The notes: a model not told the origin generated them from the sequence alone. A DNA stretch of 63,201 nt, filler included, from Kipferlia bialata (GCA_003568945.1; 6 parts of 6 records of this genome joined end to end with filler, not necessarily neighbours in it); one strand, 5' to 3'; shown: positions 39,674-54,086, counted from the first letter of the whole stretch. A program made the numbers and translations.

Positions 39674-40135
39674 GCACTCTGATCCTGCTTGGCGTTGCGT
39701 CTCTGCTCCCCCGGCCTCTACTCTCGATGCCAGAGGCAGAGTACACCCAGATGCGGGGGGTGACAGGGAACACCCCCCAGCTCAGCATGAGTGCACACTC
39801 CACACAGACAGAGACTGGGAGGCTGCTTCTATTCACCTTAAGTGCCAATGTGGTGGCTGTCTGCTCTGTCCTCTCTGTCCTGCTGCCTAGACCCCTCTCC
39901 CTCTGTCACCTGCTGGCAGGGGGGCTCACAGTGCTCTGTCCGGCACTGAGGGGTGGTGACTCCTCTGAGACATTGGACAAGGATGATGCCGCTCTACAGA
40001 CACAGGTCAGGCAGAGTGTGAGCACTCTCCTATTGACGTCCCTGCCCCCTAGCCTTGCTGGAGATGTGGTGCTGTCCACATACAGACTGGGGCCAGTCAG
40101 ATCAAGCATGGGGGGATTGCTGGTAGGTAAGAGCA

Positions 40136-40179
<44 letters not shown>

Positions 40180-43100
40180 ATATTTTCCTGCCTTACTCCC
40201 AGCCTTCTGCTGCGTGCACACCCAGGGCTTTGCCCCCCTTATTGCGGCACTCGACATTGCAGATGACACACCATCACTAGGGGTGGTCAATGACGTGTCG
40301 GCAGGTATCACTCAGACTCATTATCCATATTATCATACTCTATTTCATATAAGTGTCTCTTTCCCTTATGTCTCTTTCCCAAGTGTGTTTCGCTCCTCCA
40401 TGTCCTCCATACTGGCTCTTGTGTTCTTTCCAACGTATTTCCATATCCTTCACCTCTAGGCGATGCCGCCGAGGCAGGCCGTCGTGGTCAGCACCGCCTT
40501 CAACAGATGTTTGGTTTCCTATTAACCATGCCTGTGGACACAGTCTCCCTCTCTCTCTTCAACCTCTCTGCCAAGATGGTGCCCCTGAGGCTACTCACTG
40601 CAGTGGTGGCTGCACTCACATATATACAACCAGTGACACTGGCAGAGGGCAGAGGGCAGAGGGCAGAGGGGGAGGGGAAGGTTAAGAGAAAGGGAAAGGG
40701 GAAGGGGAAGGGTAAGGGGAAGAAGGCCCTGGTGGAGGAGACTGGGGGGATCTACTCATGTCCATATGTGCCAGCCACTCTGGTGTATCTGCAGGTTAGG
40801 AGTATTACTACTTGAGAATATGCTGTTTCTGGTTTAGTCCCCATCCTGACCCCAGACCATGCAGCTCCGCCAGCCCTCTCTCTTTGACTCGCTGACCTCT
40901 CTCCTCCTGAGACCGGCCTCCAACGCATTGCACTCATGCCTCATGGCACCTCCCAACAAGGCCTTCCCGTCCCCCCTCTCCCTCTCCCCCTCCTTGATTG
41001 TCCTCTACCACCTGTCAGGCCTCACTCTCTCCCTCTCTCCCTCCACTAGGGCTGCAGGGTCTCTGCTGCCAGATATATGCCCCCTGATTCCCCTGTTTGC
41101 AGGTCTTCTGTCCCATCCTGCATGTCTCGAGGGGTCTCTCATAGCTGATATGGTCAGGCAGACACTAGTTAGGTACGTCTCTTACATATCCAAAATACTC
41201 ATTCTTTATATTGATGACTGATTATTATTATGATTCTATTGCGATTCCAACCCCTAAACCAAAGACTGTATATTTACATTTTTGTATATATTTTTGTTTA
41301 TGTATTCTCTGACCCCCTAGGTGTCTGACTGTGCTGGACGATGGCCCTGGCTATGGTGGAGAGAGAGGGGCAGGGGGAGAGAAGGGTGGCAAGGTGGCCA
41401 TGCTGGCTGCCTGTATGGAGCTGTGCACCAGTACCAGCCTGGATGTGGTGTGGTCAGCACCAGCGAGGTACAGTATATAAACTATATATATAGTGGTCAG
41501 CACCTGCAAGGTACTATATTCACTATTATACGTATATATTACACTAGACATGGTGCCTTCTCACACCCAGGGTGTCTGTTGTCAGTGCCTGGTCCAGAGA
41601 CAGAGACGGGGAGGCACCCACCATACCCAGCGCTGCCCCAGTGTATGACACCAACACTGTGTGCCGTGTGTTAGTCTCTGCCCTCCGACAGTCGTCCGTG
41701 GTCGGAGTGCCCCTCCTCCTAGATGTCCTAGAGGTTTGTATATATTGATATATATTCATTATATATATATTATAATAATGTATATATAGATAATAGTAGT
41801 AAGACTATGTATATACTAACTCCAGGTTGCCGTTGGCATGATGCAGGGTGAGTCTGTGTATCTTAGTTAACAGTGTACATATATATGTACCTACTCCAGG
41901 TGGCCGTTGGCATGATGCAGGGTGAGGACACCCCAGCTGCAGTAGTGGGTGGGATGTTCTCTCTGCTGCACTCCTTAGCTGCTGACAGGGCATTTGGGTC
42001 AGTGGACACCCACCACCTGCCTGGGATATACCGCTCAGTCTCTGGTGTCCTCTCTCTCCTCTCCACAACTGTGGACAGAGAGGGCGGGTACAGCGATACC
42101 TCAGCTGCCGCACTCTCTAGCTGCATAGCAGTCTACAACATGAGTGCGCTGGCCTCTCTCTCTCTCTCAGAGGGGGAGAGTGGTGCCCCTGCCTTTGGTG
42201 TGTATATACTGCCTATTCTGAGTGCCCTGGATGGACTCAGACAGAGGGCAGTCACTAGTGGGGCAGACAAGATAGCAGACCAGATACAGCAGGTATATAT
42301 ATATATATATATATATATAGTATATGTACGTTTGTATACAGAGCTTTAGATACTGAGACTGACATTGTTGTCAGACCAGATACAGCAGGAATACACGTTC
42401 TTCACCAGTAGTATGTGTGGAAAATTGAGTACTGTTGTTGAGTGCTTTAACCATCAGGTCATCCTCTCCTCCCTTGAGGGCCGTGATGCTCTGCTGGAGA
42501 GACAGAGGCAGGGCAAGGATACTAAGGGTACTAGGGCGCCTGTCGATGTTGAGCAGCTCTCCCTGGTGGCACTCTCACCCAATGCCAGTGTGGCGTCAAG
42601 GCTATCCGCTATGAGTCAGGTGTTTATGTACTATCATATACACACATACATCATCAGACTCTGTCACTCTCTTCTAATTCTATATGAATATATATTCTCA
42701 TTCTATATATATATTCTTACCCACCAGCTGTCGAGTGTGCCCCATATCCACCGCAGTGCCGCAGCTGAGACTCTTCTAGTAGCCATAGCATCCATCACTG
42801 AGACACCTATAGGGGAGAGTGACTCTGATAGTGGCCCAGAGGTGGATGATGTCCTGGTAACAGCCACGGCCGGTGCCCTGTCTGACTTGATAGGCCACAG
42901 CAGCAACACTAGTGAGGGTGGAGATGCAGAGGGCACAGACCCAGGGTGCACTGGACCCTTATTACAGATGCTGGGTGGTGCACTCTCTCTAGCATGCTCC
43001 CCACTCTCCCCCACTGCGACTGGTGTACCCACTGCCACTGTGGCTGTGCTGTGTGAGGTGTATGCCCTGACAGCTAGGGCACTGGGGGTCACGGCAGGTA

Positions 43101-43872
43101 TGCACACATTTATATATATAGTATGAGTAGTCTCTCTCCCTGTATCCCTCTTTGACACCCAGGCAACCACGGCACCCACCTCCTATCCCCACTGCTGGCT
43201 CCCCTGACCACCCCACACACACCCCTCCCCGTCCTAGTCCTCTGTCTAAGTGCCTGTTCAGACGTCCTGCGCTGCCTCTCCCCTGCCTCCCTCCCCCTCT
43301 GCCACGTGTCGCACTTACTACGCCGGTCTCTAGGTGTCGGTGGGGTGGTTGGCATGCTTAGGAGCCAGGAGGCCCAGGCCGTGAGTGCGGGGTGTGTGCT
43401 TGTACATGCCCTGGCTGAGTTCCACGGAGACTACCTGGTCAGAGACGTCCTGGGGTGTGAGGAGAGTGGGAGCGATGCCCTACCCAGTGAGAGTGGTCTC
43501 ATACCATCATCCCATGCCACTCTGCTAGTGTCTGCACTCCAGGGTGCACTCTTCTCTGCAGAGAGAGACTCTGTGCAGCACCAGCAGCTTGGTGTCACAC
43601 TAGCTGCCCTATCATCGCTGCTTCCATTGGGTACAGGTGGAGATGGCACACCATCAGTCGTTGTCCCTGATGCCTCCACCGCCTCGTCGTTCCCAACTCT
43701 TCCCATGGCCTCTCTCCTGTACCCATCTGGTATGCAGTCACTGGTCTTTGATACCCACAAGGAAGAGGCATCCAGAGAGGTGGTACACAAGGCTAGACAG
43801 GGGAGTGCTATTGCTAACAAGCCCCTCATTGAGGTGGTGTCCTCTAGTGATACCCCCATGGATACAGAGTGA
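39674..43872 (+). CDS. Leu-rich alpha-helical (HEAT/ARM-like) hypothetical protein, multi-exon, 5'-truncated
   Basis: Long in-frame exons (39674-40126, 41901-42291, 42728-43096, 43164-43872) with canonical splice sites. Ends KPLIEVVSSSDTPMDTE*. Confidence 0.6.
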
Positions 43873-44084
43873 GGGATGTGGTAGATATTAGCTAATAGAT
43901 TGTTCTTTCCAATTGGACTATATATATATATATATATATCACAAGAGTAGCCATCGTGTGAAGCTAAATGTCCCTTAACTCACCTCCGCATCACCTGAAC
44001 TTTACAGGATAAAGGATGGGTCTATTGAAGACAATTACGTTACGATATATAGTTACACAAGGGAGTTGGGGACAACTTGGGGCA

Positions 44085-44339
44085 TCAGACCTCTGCCTCC
44101 TCTGCCTTCTGTGTCTGCTCACAGTCCACCACCTGCACAGTCACACCCTCTCCCTCTCCCTTACATGTCACACAGGGTGGGTACCCTGCATACACCCTGT
44201 CACCATCTGCCACAGTGGGTAGGACAGGGTAGGGCACCCTCTTGGCGTATAGGCTGAACAGACCCATCAGGGCAAAGTGGGTGGCCACTCCAAGGATGAG
44301 GGTCAGTGCCACAAAGGCATACTTGTATGCATAGCCAGG
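44085..44339 (-). CDS. Last exon of a membrane protein
   Basis: CTAACCCTAG acceptor, then PGYAYKYAFVALTLILGVATHFALMGLFSLY (TM helix) ... AEV*. Confidence 0.6.
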   Translation of the reverse strand, partial: PGYAYKYAFVALTLILGVATHFALMGLFSLYAKRVPYPVLPTVADGDRVYAGYPPCVTCKGEGEGVTVQVVDCEQTQKAEEAEV

Positions 44340-44380
44340 CTAGGGTTAGATAGAATCATATATGCAACACTGGCTCAATG

Positions 44381-44432
<52 letters not shown>

Positions 44433-44532
44433 NNNNNNNNNNNNNNNNNNNNNNNNNNNNNNNNNNNNNNNNNNNNTTAATTAATTAANNNNNNNNNNNN
44501 NNNNNNNNNNNNNNNNNNNNNNNNNNNNNNNN
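44433..44532. other. Artificial scaffold linker
   Basis: N44-TTAATTAATTAA-N44. Confidence 0.97.
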
Positions 44533-44700
44533 CGGGGGGGGGGGGGGGGCGCACGGATGGATGAATACCAACCCACATATCCCATCACAACCATTAGTGG
44601 GACTTGTTTGCTTGCATTTAGGACATATCGAGAGAAACGCACAAGATATATCTCAACTCGGTATGATAGGAATATATATACTATCAATGTATGTATGTAC

Positions 44701-44798
44701 CTTATATAGCTGACCAGTATGAATGTGGACCCCCCTAGTGATAACAGTCCTGCCCAGAAGGAGAGTCTCTCCGACATGGAGGTGTCGACAGCACTCAT
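44701..44798 (-). CDS. First exon of a membrane protein; TM1 resembles cAMP-receptor-like/GCR1-type 7TM proteins
   Basis: MSAVDTSMSERLSFWAGLLSLGGSTFILVSYIR followed by a GT donor. Only 33 aa are available. Confidence 0.4.
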
Positions 44799-45361
44799 AT
44801 ATCTCTCTCTCCCTCTCTAGAGTTCCCTCACTCTCACTCTCTAGAGTTCCCCTACACGGGCTACAGGATATGTGATCCACACTAAGGCTAATCAAGACCC
44901 GTACTCGCCAGTACCCAGCTAAAGTGGAGTGGAACCAGTACGCTGCTCGGCAGTATCTATTACCGGATATGAAGGACACTGAAGCATGGGACGTCTTGAG
45001 TGGTCAGAACGGCAAAAACACGACTAGACCCTTTCTCGATCAGATGAGAGTGACATGCATCGACCTTCTCGTTCTCGCCTTGCTAGATCTATTGGTCTTT
45101 GCACAAACACTCTTGGGGTCAAGACTCTATATTCAAGAGATGTAAGGTCAATAAGCCCCACCCCACTCAAGATATCGGGTTCTATTCTTTGATCTGCCCT
45201 GTATATCCCTGGAGACCTAACAGAAATGAGGGTCCCTTGCGCCAGGTTCAATATGAAAACTATATAACAGTATTCTCTGCCAGTCTCCTTCTCTCATCCC
45301 CTCTTGTCCTCACAGTAACTCAGCCTCTCTCTCTCCCCCCCCCCCTCTCCACCTCTAGCCC

Positions 45362-47886
45362 TCACAGTAACTCGGCAGTCAGGATCTCGGCTTCCTCCCT
45401 GGGGATAAGGGGATAATCCTCCTTAAACTCTGCCATGCATATATATATACATATATATACATTATAAGATACATACTCAGATATGTTTATATCAATACTA
45501 TTTTTACATATCCATACACATACTTTGGCGCATCCTCCTTGAACTGTGCCATGCTGGTCTGACAATATATATACACATAAATATATATACATGTATATAA
45601 GTATATTAGTATATAGTATAAGATGATTACTCACTTTGGTGCGTCCTCCTTGAACTGCGCCATGCTGGCCTGGACAGTGTCCCAGTCATCTGGTATTAAG
45701 GGTGTAGAGGGAGAGAGAGAGAGAGACTATTAGCCTAATAGCATTAGGGGTAGAGAGATACCAATTATGTGTCATTTACCTGTAATGGTGATCTGGCCGA
45801 ACCAGATGTCACCCTCTCTCTCATAGAGATAGTCTCAATAATCAATGGATTGATTGATTATAATCAATTATGCATCTATACCTGTGATAGTTATCTGGCC
45901 GAACCATATGCCGCCCTCTCTCTCATAGAGATCAAAACCTACACTGCCGATGGAGACATCAATAGATGTCACATCCCTATGGATTAAAGGGTGTAGAGTG
46001 AGAGAGAGAGATCGAAACCTACACTGACATTGAGAGGTAACGTCCCTACGTGCATTGCATGGAACGAAAGACAGAATAGATACACACATAATTCATATAT
46101 ACTATGGAATGCACCTCACAAAGTCTGGGTTGTCAATCATGGGTGGTCTCCATATGTAATATACGCATACAAGGATATATATAGATATATATGGTAGGTA
46201 GTCTGGGTAGATGCATAATCCATATACATTATGTATGCAGTATACTATATCATATACACTCTATACCTCACAAAGTCTGGGTTGTCTATCATGGGTGGTC
46301 TCCATGGGGTGTAGTCTGGGTATACACAGAATATGAATACATACATATAATAAGAATAGTATACCACAGTATAGTATACATACTATAGTAAACATACCTT
46401 ATGAAGTCAGGGTTGTCAATCATGGGTGGTCTCCATGGGATGTAGTCTGGGTTGGGGATGAAGGCCTGGTCCCAGTCACCTGAGGGATCAATTGGTAGCA
46501 ATCAATTGATTGATTATACAGTAGTAGTTGAAGTACTATATATATATATACCCATATATATATATATAGAAATATGGGTATAGAAATATGGGTTGGGGAT
46601 GAAGGCCTGGTCCCATTCACCTAGAAATCAATTGATTGATTGGAATCAATTGAATGATCAAGTATGCCACTCACTTACTACAGAATACTGGTAGTCGCGC
46701 ATACACCATGCCAAGGTAGTATCATTAGATCACAGAATTGATTGATAATCAGAAGGCCAAGTCCCAAGCCACTTCTTTGATACCAATTTGACTGATTGAT
46801 ATAAATATATGGACTCCTCAAGTATGTCCCACTAACTATCATACTCAATGTCAGGTAGCATCATCATAGAGCACACACGGATTGACACCAAAAATTGATG
46901 AATTAAATAGAGTATCATTGAATACACACAGACTCACCTACATACTCTGGGTTCTGCGTCAGTGGGGGCACCCACTCGCCATCTGAGGGTGAGACGGGGT
47001 ACAATAGTGACACATTGACACGCACACACTTATATAGAGAGAGAGAGTATTCGAGTGAGAGTGAGAGTGAGACAGTGCAATAATGACATATCGACATACA
47101 TATAGAGAGGGGGTGTTCTATTGGAGGCACATACTCGCAATCTGAGAATGAGACAAATACATTATCATATGTACATCCAGAGACTGAGTGATATGAATTA
47201 ATTAAATATATTTATATATATATATATATATTATTCACACCTAATCTCTCATCCCACCCCTCTGGCCTGACAGCATAGGGGTCAGGCATACAGTACATAT
47301 ATACCCACTAAGGTATATACATATATACTAAGAGTATAGATTATGTAAGTCAATACCTAGTCTCTCATCCCATGCCTCTGGCCTGACAGCATAGGGGTCA
47401 GGAATATAGTATGCATAGACACACATATATATATGTCCATATACATATATTCTATATGTCAATACCTAGTCTCTCATCCCATGCCTCTGGCCTGACAGCA
47501 TAGGGGTCAGGGATACAGTATATATATATACTCACCTAGTCTCTCATCCCATGCCTCTGGCCTGACAGCATAGGGGTCGGGGATATAGTATGCATAGACA
47601 TATACATACATACATACATATATATTCTCTATATGTACCTATCATCCCAGCCCTCTGTGAAATTAAATATATATATATATACACTGTATACCTAGTCTCT
47701 CATCCCATGCCTCTGGCCTGACAGCATAGGGGTCAGGGATGAAGTGGGGGATAGACTCATAGCCTATAGTAAGTAAATGATAGGATATGTATGTATATGT
47801 ATATATATATAGAGAGAGAGAGAGAGAGGCCAGGGATGAAGTGGGGGATATACTCATAGCCTGGGGTGAGATACATATAGATAGAG

Positions 47887-47925
<39 letters not shown>

Positions 47926-50900
47926 ATAGGGGTCAGGGATGAAGTGGGATATGGAGGGATATGGGTTGGCTGGGTCTGCATGTCCATCCATACACACACA
48001 CACATATATATAAAAAGCAAATGTAAGAATACACATATATGCCAATAATATACAAGTATACCTGGTGGCATTGGGTTGGCAGGGTTTGGTATGTAGCAAC
48101 AATAGGTACTATTGTCACATAGCCTATATCCATATGCATACACATATATATATGTGTGTGTGTATGTATCCAAGTATGTAGTATATATACCTGGTGGCAT
48201 TGGGTTGGCAGGGTCTGGGATGTATCGGGCAGGCATGTCCTTGGGGGGTCTGGGGAATAAGGGTGTAGAGGGAGAGGGAGAGAGAGAGAGAGAGAGGAAG
48301 GCATGTCCTCCATATACCTCGTACTAAAATATATATGCGTGTGTATACACTTATACATACATATCACATATCACATATCAATACCTAGCGTTGGGGTCTG
48401 GCACTCTCAGAGGGAGACTGCCCCTGTGGGTAAGAGAGGGGCTGGACAGGTAGAAACACTCTCTTTATATGAAATGACTTTGGATATCTACATATTTACA
48501 TAGATATCATCAAATACTATATACTACACAAGACTGCCCCTGTGGGTTAGAGAGGGGTTGGACAGGCAGGGGTATTCACTATACTATATACTATACAATA
48601 CAAATATCTGTATACTCTGGCTATATATGGTATCCTGTATGATAGAGATGGGCTGGACAGGTAGAGGCACACCGTCACTCATACACTACATATATATACA
48701 GTATATGTATGAAGTGCACTCACTATATTTCGTGTGGTATAGAGATGGGTATTCACATTATACGAGGACGGACTAGCAATGGATACTCGCTCCAACTATG
48801 TACAATGAAGCATATAGATATAGACAGACAGGTATAGTGCACACAGTATATATACAACATACACTCACTCTATCTCATACAGCTTGTACACGTCTCCCTC
48901 TACTTCCTCTCTACCATCCACATAGACTGAGACAGTGGTGTCAGAGTGGAGGGCAAGGGTGACCTGGTGTAAGAGAGAGAGGGGGGGGGGGGAAGAGATA
49001 TACCTATCACTCGCCTGATGCGTCCTGAGGTCACTGGCATCATCACTCCACATTCACTTCACATATATGCCACAATATATATCCATATAGACAATATATA
49101 CATATATATATCCCCCACCTGGTGCGTCCTGAGGTCACTGGCAATGGCTGGCTCCATCTCAAGGGGGAGGAGGTCACTGGTATAAGAAATATGACATATA
49201 TATGTGAAGACAGAGAGATATATAGATGAACATGAATGCATGTGTATATCTACATATATATACATATATATGGGATATATATAGAGAGAGAGAATAATAA
49301 ATGAAGAATGCTGGCTCCACTTCAAGGGGCTAGTATAAGAAAGGGGACATACTCTACATATATAGCAGAACTGAATAGATATATACAGATGAATAGAGAA
49401 GGGGGTTCCAACTCAAGGGGGAGGAGGTCACTGAGTTGAGACACACTACATTAATGGCATTTCAGAAATAATTCTCGTAGATATAAACATATTCATTAGA
49501 TACAAAGAACGATAGATGGAGTGTACAGGTGTACAGCTGTCTAACTAATACTCACCTCATTATCTCCATGTCCTTATATAAGAATACATTGGAACTATTA
49601 TAAGAGTATATCCATTGCCATATAAATAGGAGTAAGACAATTTCAGACAATAGAACGATAGACAGTGTAGAGATGTATAGACCCACCCCATTATCTCCAT
49701 GTCACACTTCAGATGCCTCTTCCTCTTGCCACAGACAGAGGGGCCTAGAAAGTAAGATATATCGCGAAAAATGTATATACATAACGCGAGATAAGTAATT
49801 ACCTAGTCGCATAAAGGGTGCAGCGGTGGGTGACAAAGGGTCCTGACCCTCAGGCCAGAGAGATACGTATAGCCCGCCACATATCCACCTCTCACTCTTC
49901 CTATAGGTGTACTGGACGTAACTAGAGTGAGATAGGAGGGGTAGAGAGAGAGAAAGAAGAAAAGAGAGATTCTATTATCAGGTGTCACATGCTCTCCCTC
50001 TACTGAATGTAATACGGATATATAAAGAAACGCATAATATACACTACGTATATGCAACCGTGGGTAAAGATACTAGATTGTCACTCACACTTATGTATAA
50101 ATACTCACACGTCACTGACACTGTGTCTGATCCTCCGTCCCCAATCAGCACTGGATAATCAATGGATATACCCATATACATATATACTAATATGTAGAAT
50201 CTAATATATATATACTATTACACTTACGTGCATACCAATATGAATATATATACTAATACATATATACTAACGTACATACCAATATGAATATATATACTAA
50301 TACATATATATGGCACTCACACCATGTCTGATTCTCCGTATACAAACGTACTATATATTCTACGTTTACATGTAAACTCATGTATAAAATAGAGTTTGTC
50401 ACGTACACTGTGTCTGATCCTCCGTCAAAAATACTTACGCACATACTAATTTGATTACATACCAATATGAATATGTATACTAATACATATATACTTACGT
50501 ACACCGTGTCTGATCCTCCGTCCCCAACCACCACGGGCTCATCAATGGATATACCCATATATATGAATACTAATATGAAGATACTAATATGTATATATAT
50601 ACTAATACATATATACTAACGTACATGCCAATATGAATATATATACTAATACTCTTACTAACGTACACTGTGTCTGATCCCCTGTCCCCAACCACCACGG
50701 GCTCATCCAGCTGGTGGGCTAGCCTGATGTCAGTCTATACAGACATAGCGTGATAGTATACGGCAGTATATAGTAGATATGTTTGCACTTCATGTATAGA
50801 AGGCCTTCTTCTGCTGTTGGTTAATACATATATATATATGTATACATATATATGTATATGTATATATGTATATATATGTACGTATATATATAAATGTACG

Positions 50901-51728
50901 TATATACTGCATGTATAGAAGGCCCTCTTCTGCTCTTGGTGTGATGTGGACATAGATCTCTGGTATTAGATGCATGAATATGCAGAGAGGGGGGAATAAT
51001 GTGACACACAGTGAATACAACTTGTCATACCTATACAATTGGGGCTCCTCTGCCTTTGGAATGTGGAGTCTAGTGTATATATATTCAACATATCTATATA
51101 TCATATACATTAAGACTATATCATGCTCTATCATATATATCACACCTATACAGCACTGGATCCTCAGCCCTTGGGATGTGGAGTCTAGTATACTAATATG
51201 TATATATATACACATATATTAAATATATATATGACTATATATTAATAATACCTATAGAGGACTGGGTCGTCTGCCCTTGGGATGTGGAATCTTGTATATA
51301 TATAGATATATATATATATATTCATTCACATATATATGTATCAACACATGCATATATATATATATATAGTGTGGTACCTATACAGCACTGGATCCTCTGC
51401 CTTTGGGATGTGGAGTCCAAGAGTACATATATACACATATGTATGTGTATATATAGTATCTATTACCTATACAACACTGGATCCTCTGCCCTTGGTATGT
51501 GCAGTCTAGTGTCATGGGGGTGGAAAGGGTATCTCTCGACAGACACTAGAGTTAGTAGAGATATATATACATATATAGATATATAGATATATATAGGAGA
51601 CAGAGAGAGTCTAGTGTCATGGGGGTGGAAGGGGTATCTCTCGACAGAGACTAGAGTTAGAGTATATATATATAGANNNNNNNNNNNNGTATCTCTCGAC
51701 AGAGACTAGAGTTAGAGTATATATATAT

Positions 51729-51766
<38 letters not shown>

Positions 51767-51823
51767 TCTAGTGTCATGGGGGTGTAGGGGTATCTCTCGA
51801 CAGAGACTGGGGTTAGCATATAC

Positions 51824-51862
<39 letters not shown>

Positions 51863-52088
51863 GACAGAGAGAGACATGGTGGAAACAGAGAAAAGGGGGT
51901 AAGGGGGAATGGGCAGAGAGTGGGGCGAGGACAGAGAGAAGGGGGGGGGTGTCAAGACTACATAGAGACAGGAGAGAGGAAGAGAGGAGAGGATATTGTA
52001 CCTTTGAACACAGAGAGATAGGGAAAGAGACAGAAGAGGCTGTACCAATACGGGAGAAGCAGACACAGAGAGAGAATGCACTGATATA

Positions 52089-52120
<32 letters not shown>

Positions 52121-52248
52121 CAATACTCACCCTTCCCACTTGTGACAGCAGTCTCAAAGCCACTCTCGTACGATGGCTGTACTATATATCCGAGTGTCCC
52201 TACTAAGAGACACAGGCACACTAACAATGCACCAAGGGCACCAGGCAT
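45362..52248 (-). CDS. Divergent calreticulin (calreticulin/calnexin family), apparently complete
   Basis: Signal peptide MPGALGALLVCLCLLVGTLG; YVQYTY..ICGGLYV; GPSVCG; THQVTLALHSD; P-domain repeats IPDPANPMPPG, IPDPYAVRPEAWDE, GEWVPPLTQNPEY, WRPPMIDNPDF; VGFDLY..IWFGQITIT. Ends EEAEILTAELL*. Confidence 0.9.
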
Positions 52249-52315
52249 CCCCCTATACACCCGTCACTGAAAGGTCAAAGTGGGGTCTCTGCCTACACCC
52301 CTTTGAGTCAAGGTA

Positions 52316-52358
52316 CTGTTTTTGTTGACGTTGTATGAACGGTCTCCGACATCGGAGA
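52316..52358 (+). promoter_or_regulatory. Conserved upstream element, copy 1
   Basis: CTGTTTTTGTTGACGTTGTAYGAACGGYCTCCGACA..TCGGAG is shared with 54040-54086. It lies about 70 nt from the calreticulin ATG. A regulatory role is inferred. Confidence 0.4.
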
Positions 52359-54039
52359 GTCGGATATGGGTTTGTGAGCCTCTTTCCCTCTCTCTCTCTC
52401 TCTCTTTGCTCTCTGTTTAGACACAACTCATGACGAAGAGTGGACTCCTTGCCTCGAGCGAGGACCTAGTGAAGGACAGCAACCTCCTTGGGTCAGTGAT
52501 GGACAGAGAGAGAGAGAGAGGGAGAGAGGGAGAGAAGTACTCGGGCCACTTTGGGGGGGGCATAATGTACGTCTTTCCATTACCCTGAGGAAGCGATATA
52601 TATGACACCCTCACATATACAGTGTACGCGACACACATATGCAAACTGACATAGTGATGTATTGACGTGCAGGTATCCTGCTCTCATAAATATTGGATCT
52701 AGATCTTATTTATATGAATCATATATGGATCATATATGCATGGCAACACACACACTGTGAATCCATTAATATTCAGGTACCCTGCTTGTACTTGGACCGG
52801 CAATAATCCAGAGAAGTATAGCGCCCTACCTCGTGAGAGGAGACGCCCGGTAGGACTCACATCTCTCTGGGTATCCATTAGTTATATAACAGGAAGCGTT
52901 AGCTAAGCAATTGTGAAACCTGAACCACATATATTCATATCAGCCGTCAGAGGACGCATTAGAAGATATATTCACAGATAGACATATAGACAAATATATG
53001 TGTGTGTGTATTGCCACCAGTTACAGGTCCAGTACCAGATGACATACTATTAACGACTAAATTATCATAGCTATAGTATCATACTATATATATATATATA
53101 TATAGTATGACACTATAGGCTATATAATTGTATATATATCCACTAACAACCAGAGTTGGAGTCCACATATCTCTGAGACTGTATATTTATCAGTGTTTTA
53201 ATACACCTAAGTGTTTGCAATGTATATACAACATGTGTATTATACATACTCATGTCCAGATCAGCCAGCAGATTGACTATGAGTATGAGCTCTATCAACG
53301 CAGGGTGAAGCCGGACAATGTCTCAAAGGCTCACTAAGAGCCTTAATAAGGACAGGTGACCATGACAAGGGATCAATGATTTGCTAATGAAGCAAATTTA
53401 GCTTAGACAATAATAAGGATTCAATCACTAAATTGAATTCATCTATTACGGATCATTGATCCCTAGCTGGAGTTCTCTAAGCATAGCAGGAGGGAGAAGC
53501 CGGGCTGTGTCTAATAGTGGCTATGATGATTCTAAGAGAGAGAGGAAATAGTATCTTCTCTCTCTTTTGAAAAGAGGTGGACTATCGAGTTTGTGAGTGA
53601 TGGACTCCTGGTCCCACCTCCACACTGGTCCCATATATACAATGATATATTGTAAGAAACTATATATTTGATATAGTATATCATATATACACATATTATA
53701 TGTGTAACACATATAGAACCAGGACTCCTACTAGTAGTCCTTGTCCCACCTCCACATACTGCATTGCAGGCTGTACAATACATGATATATGGTAGATTAC
53801 TAATGATATATGGTGGATTAATAATGGTATATTATATGACACATGATATATACTATTAATTCTCTGAATCAGAGTCTGATACAATATATACTTTGGACTT
53901 GTTTCGAGTTTGGCTCGTATACCGTAAATGCCTTGATACGCACTGTGTGTACCAAGTCTTCATCACACCGTTTACCAATACAATTGGCCCAATGGGGTAA
54001 CCCCAGGGGTTGCCTTCAAATAGTTGTGACAGAAGGGTT

Positions 54040-54086
54040 CTGTTTTTGTTGACGTTGTACGAACGGCCTCCGACAGATATCGGAGA
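54040..54086 (+). promoter_or_regulatory. Conserved upstream element, copy 2
   Basis: 34/36 identity to copy 1; about 50 nt upstream of the ATG at 54135. Confidence 0.4.

Noticed and set aside
15262..44798. Functional cAMP/Ca signalling cluster (PDE, phosphatase, EF-hand, 7TM)
   Set aside because: Apart from the phosphatase/EF-hand pair, these genes lie on different scaffolds separated by linkers.
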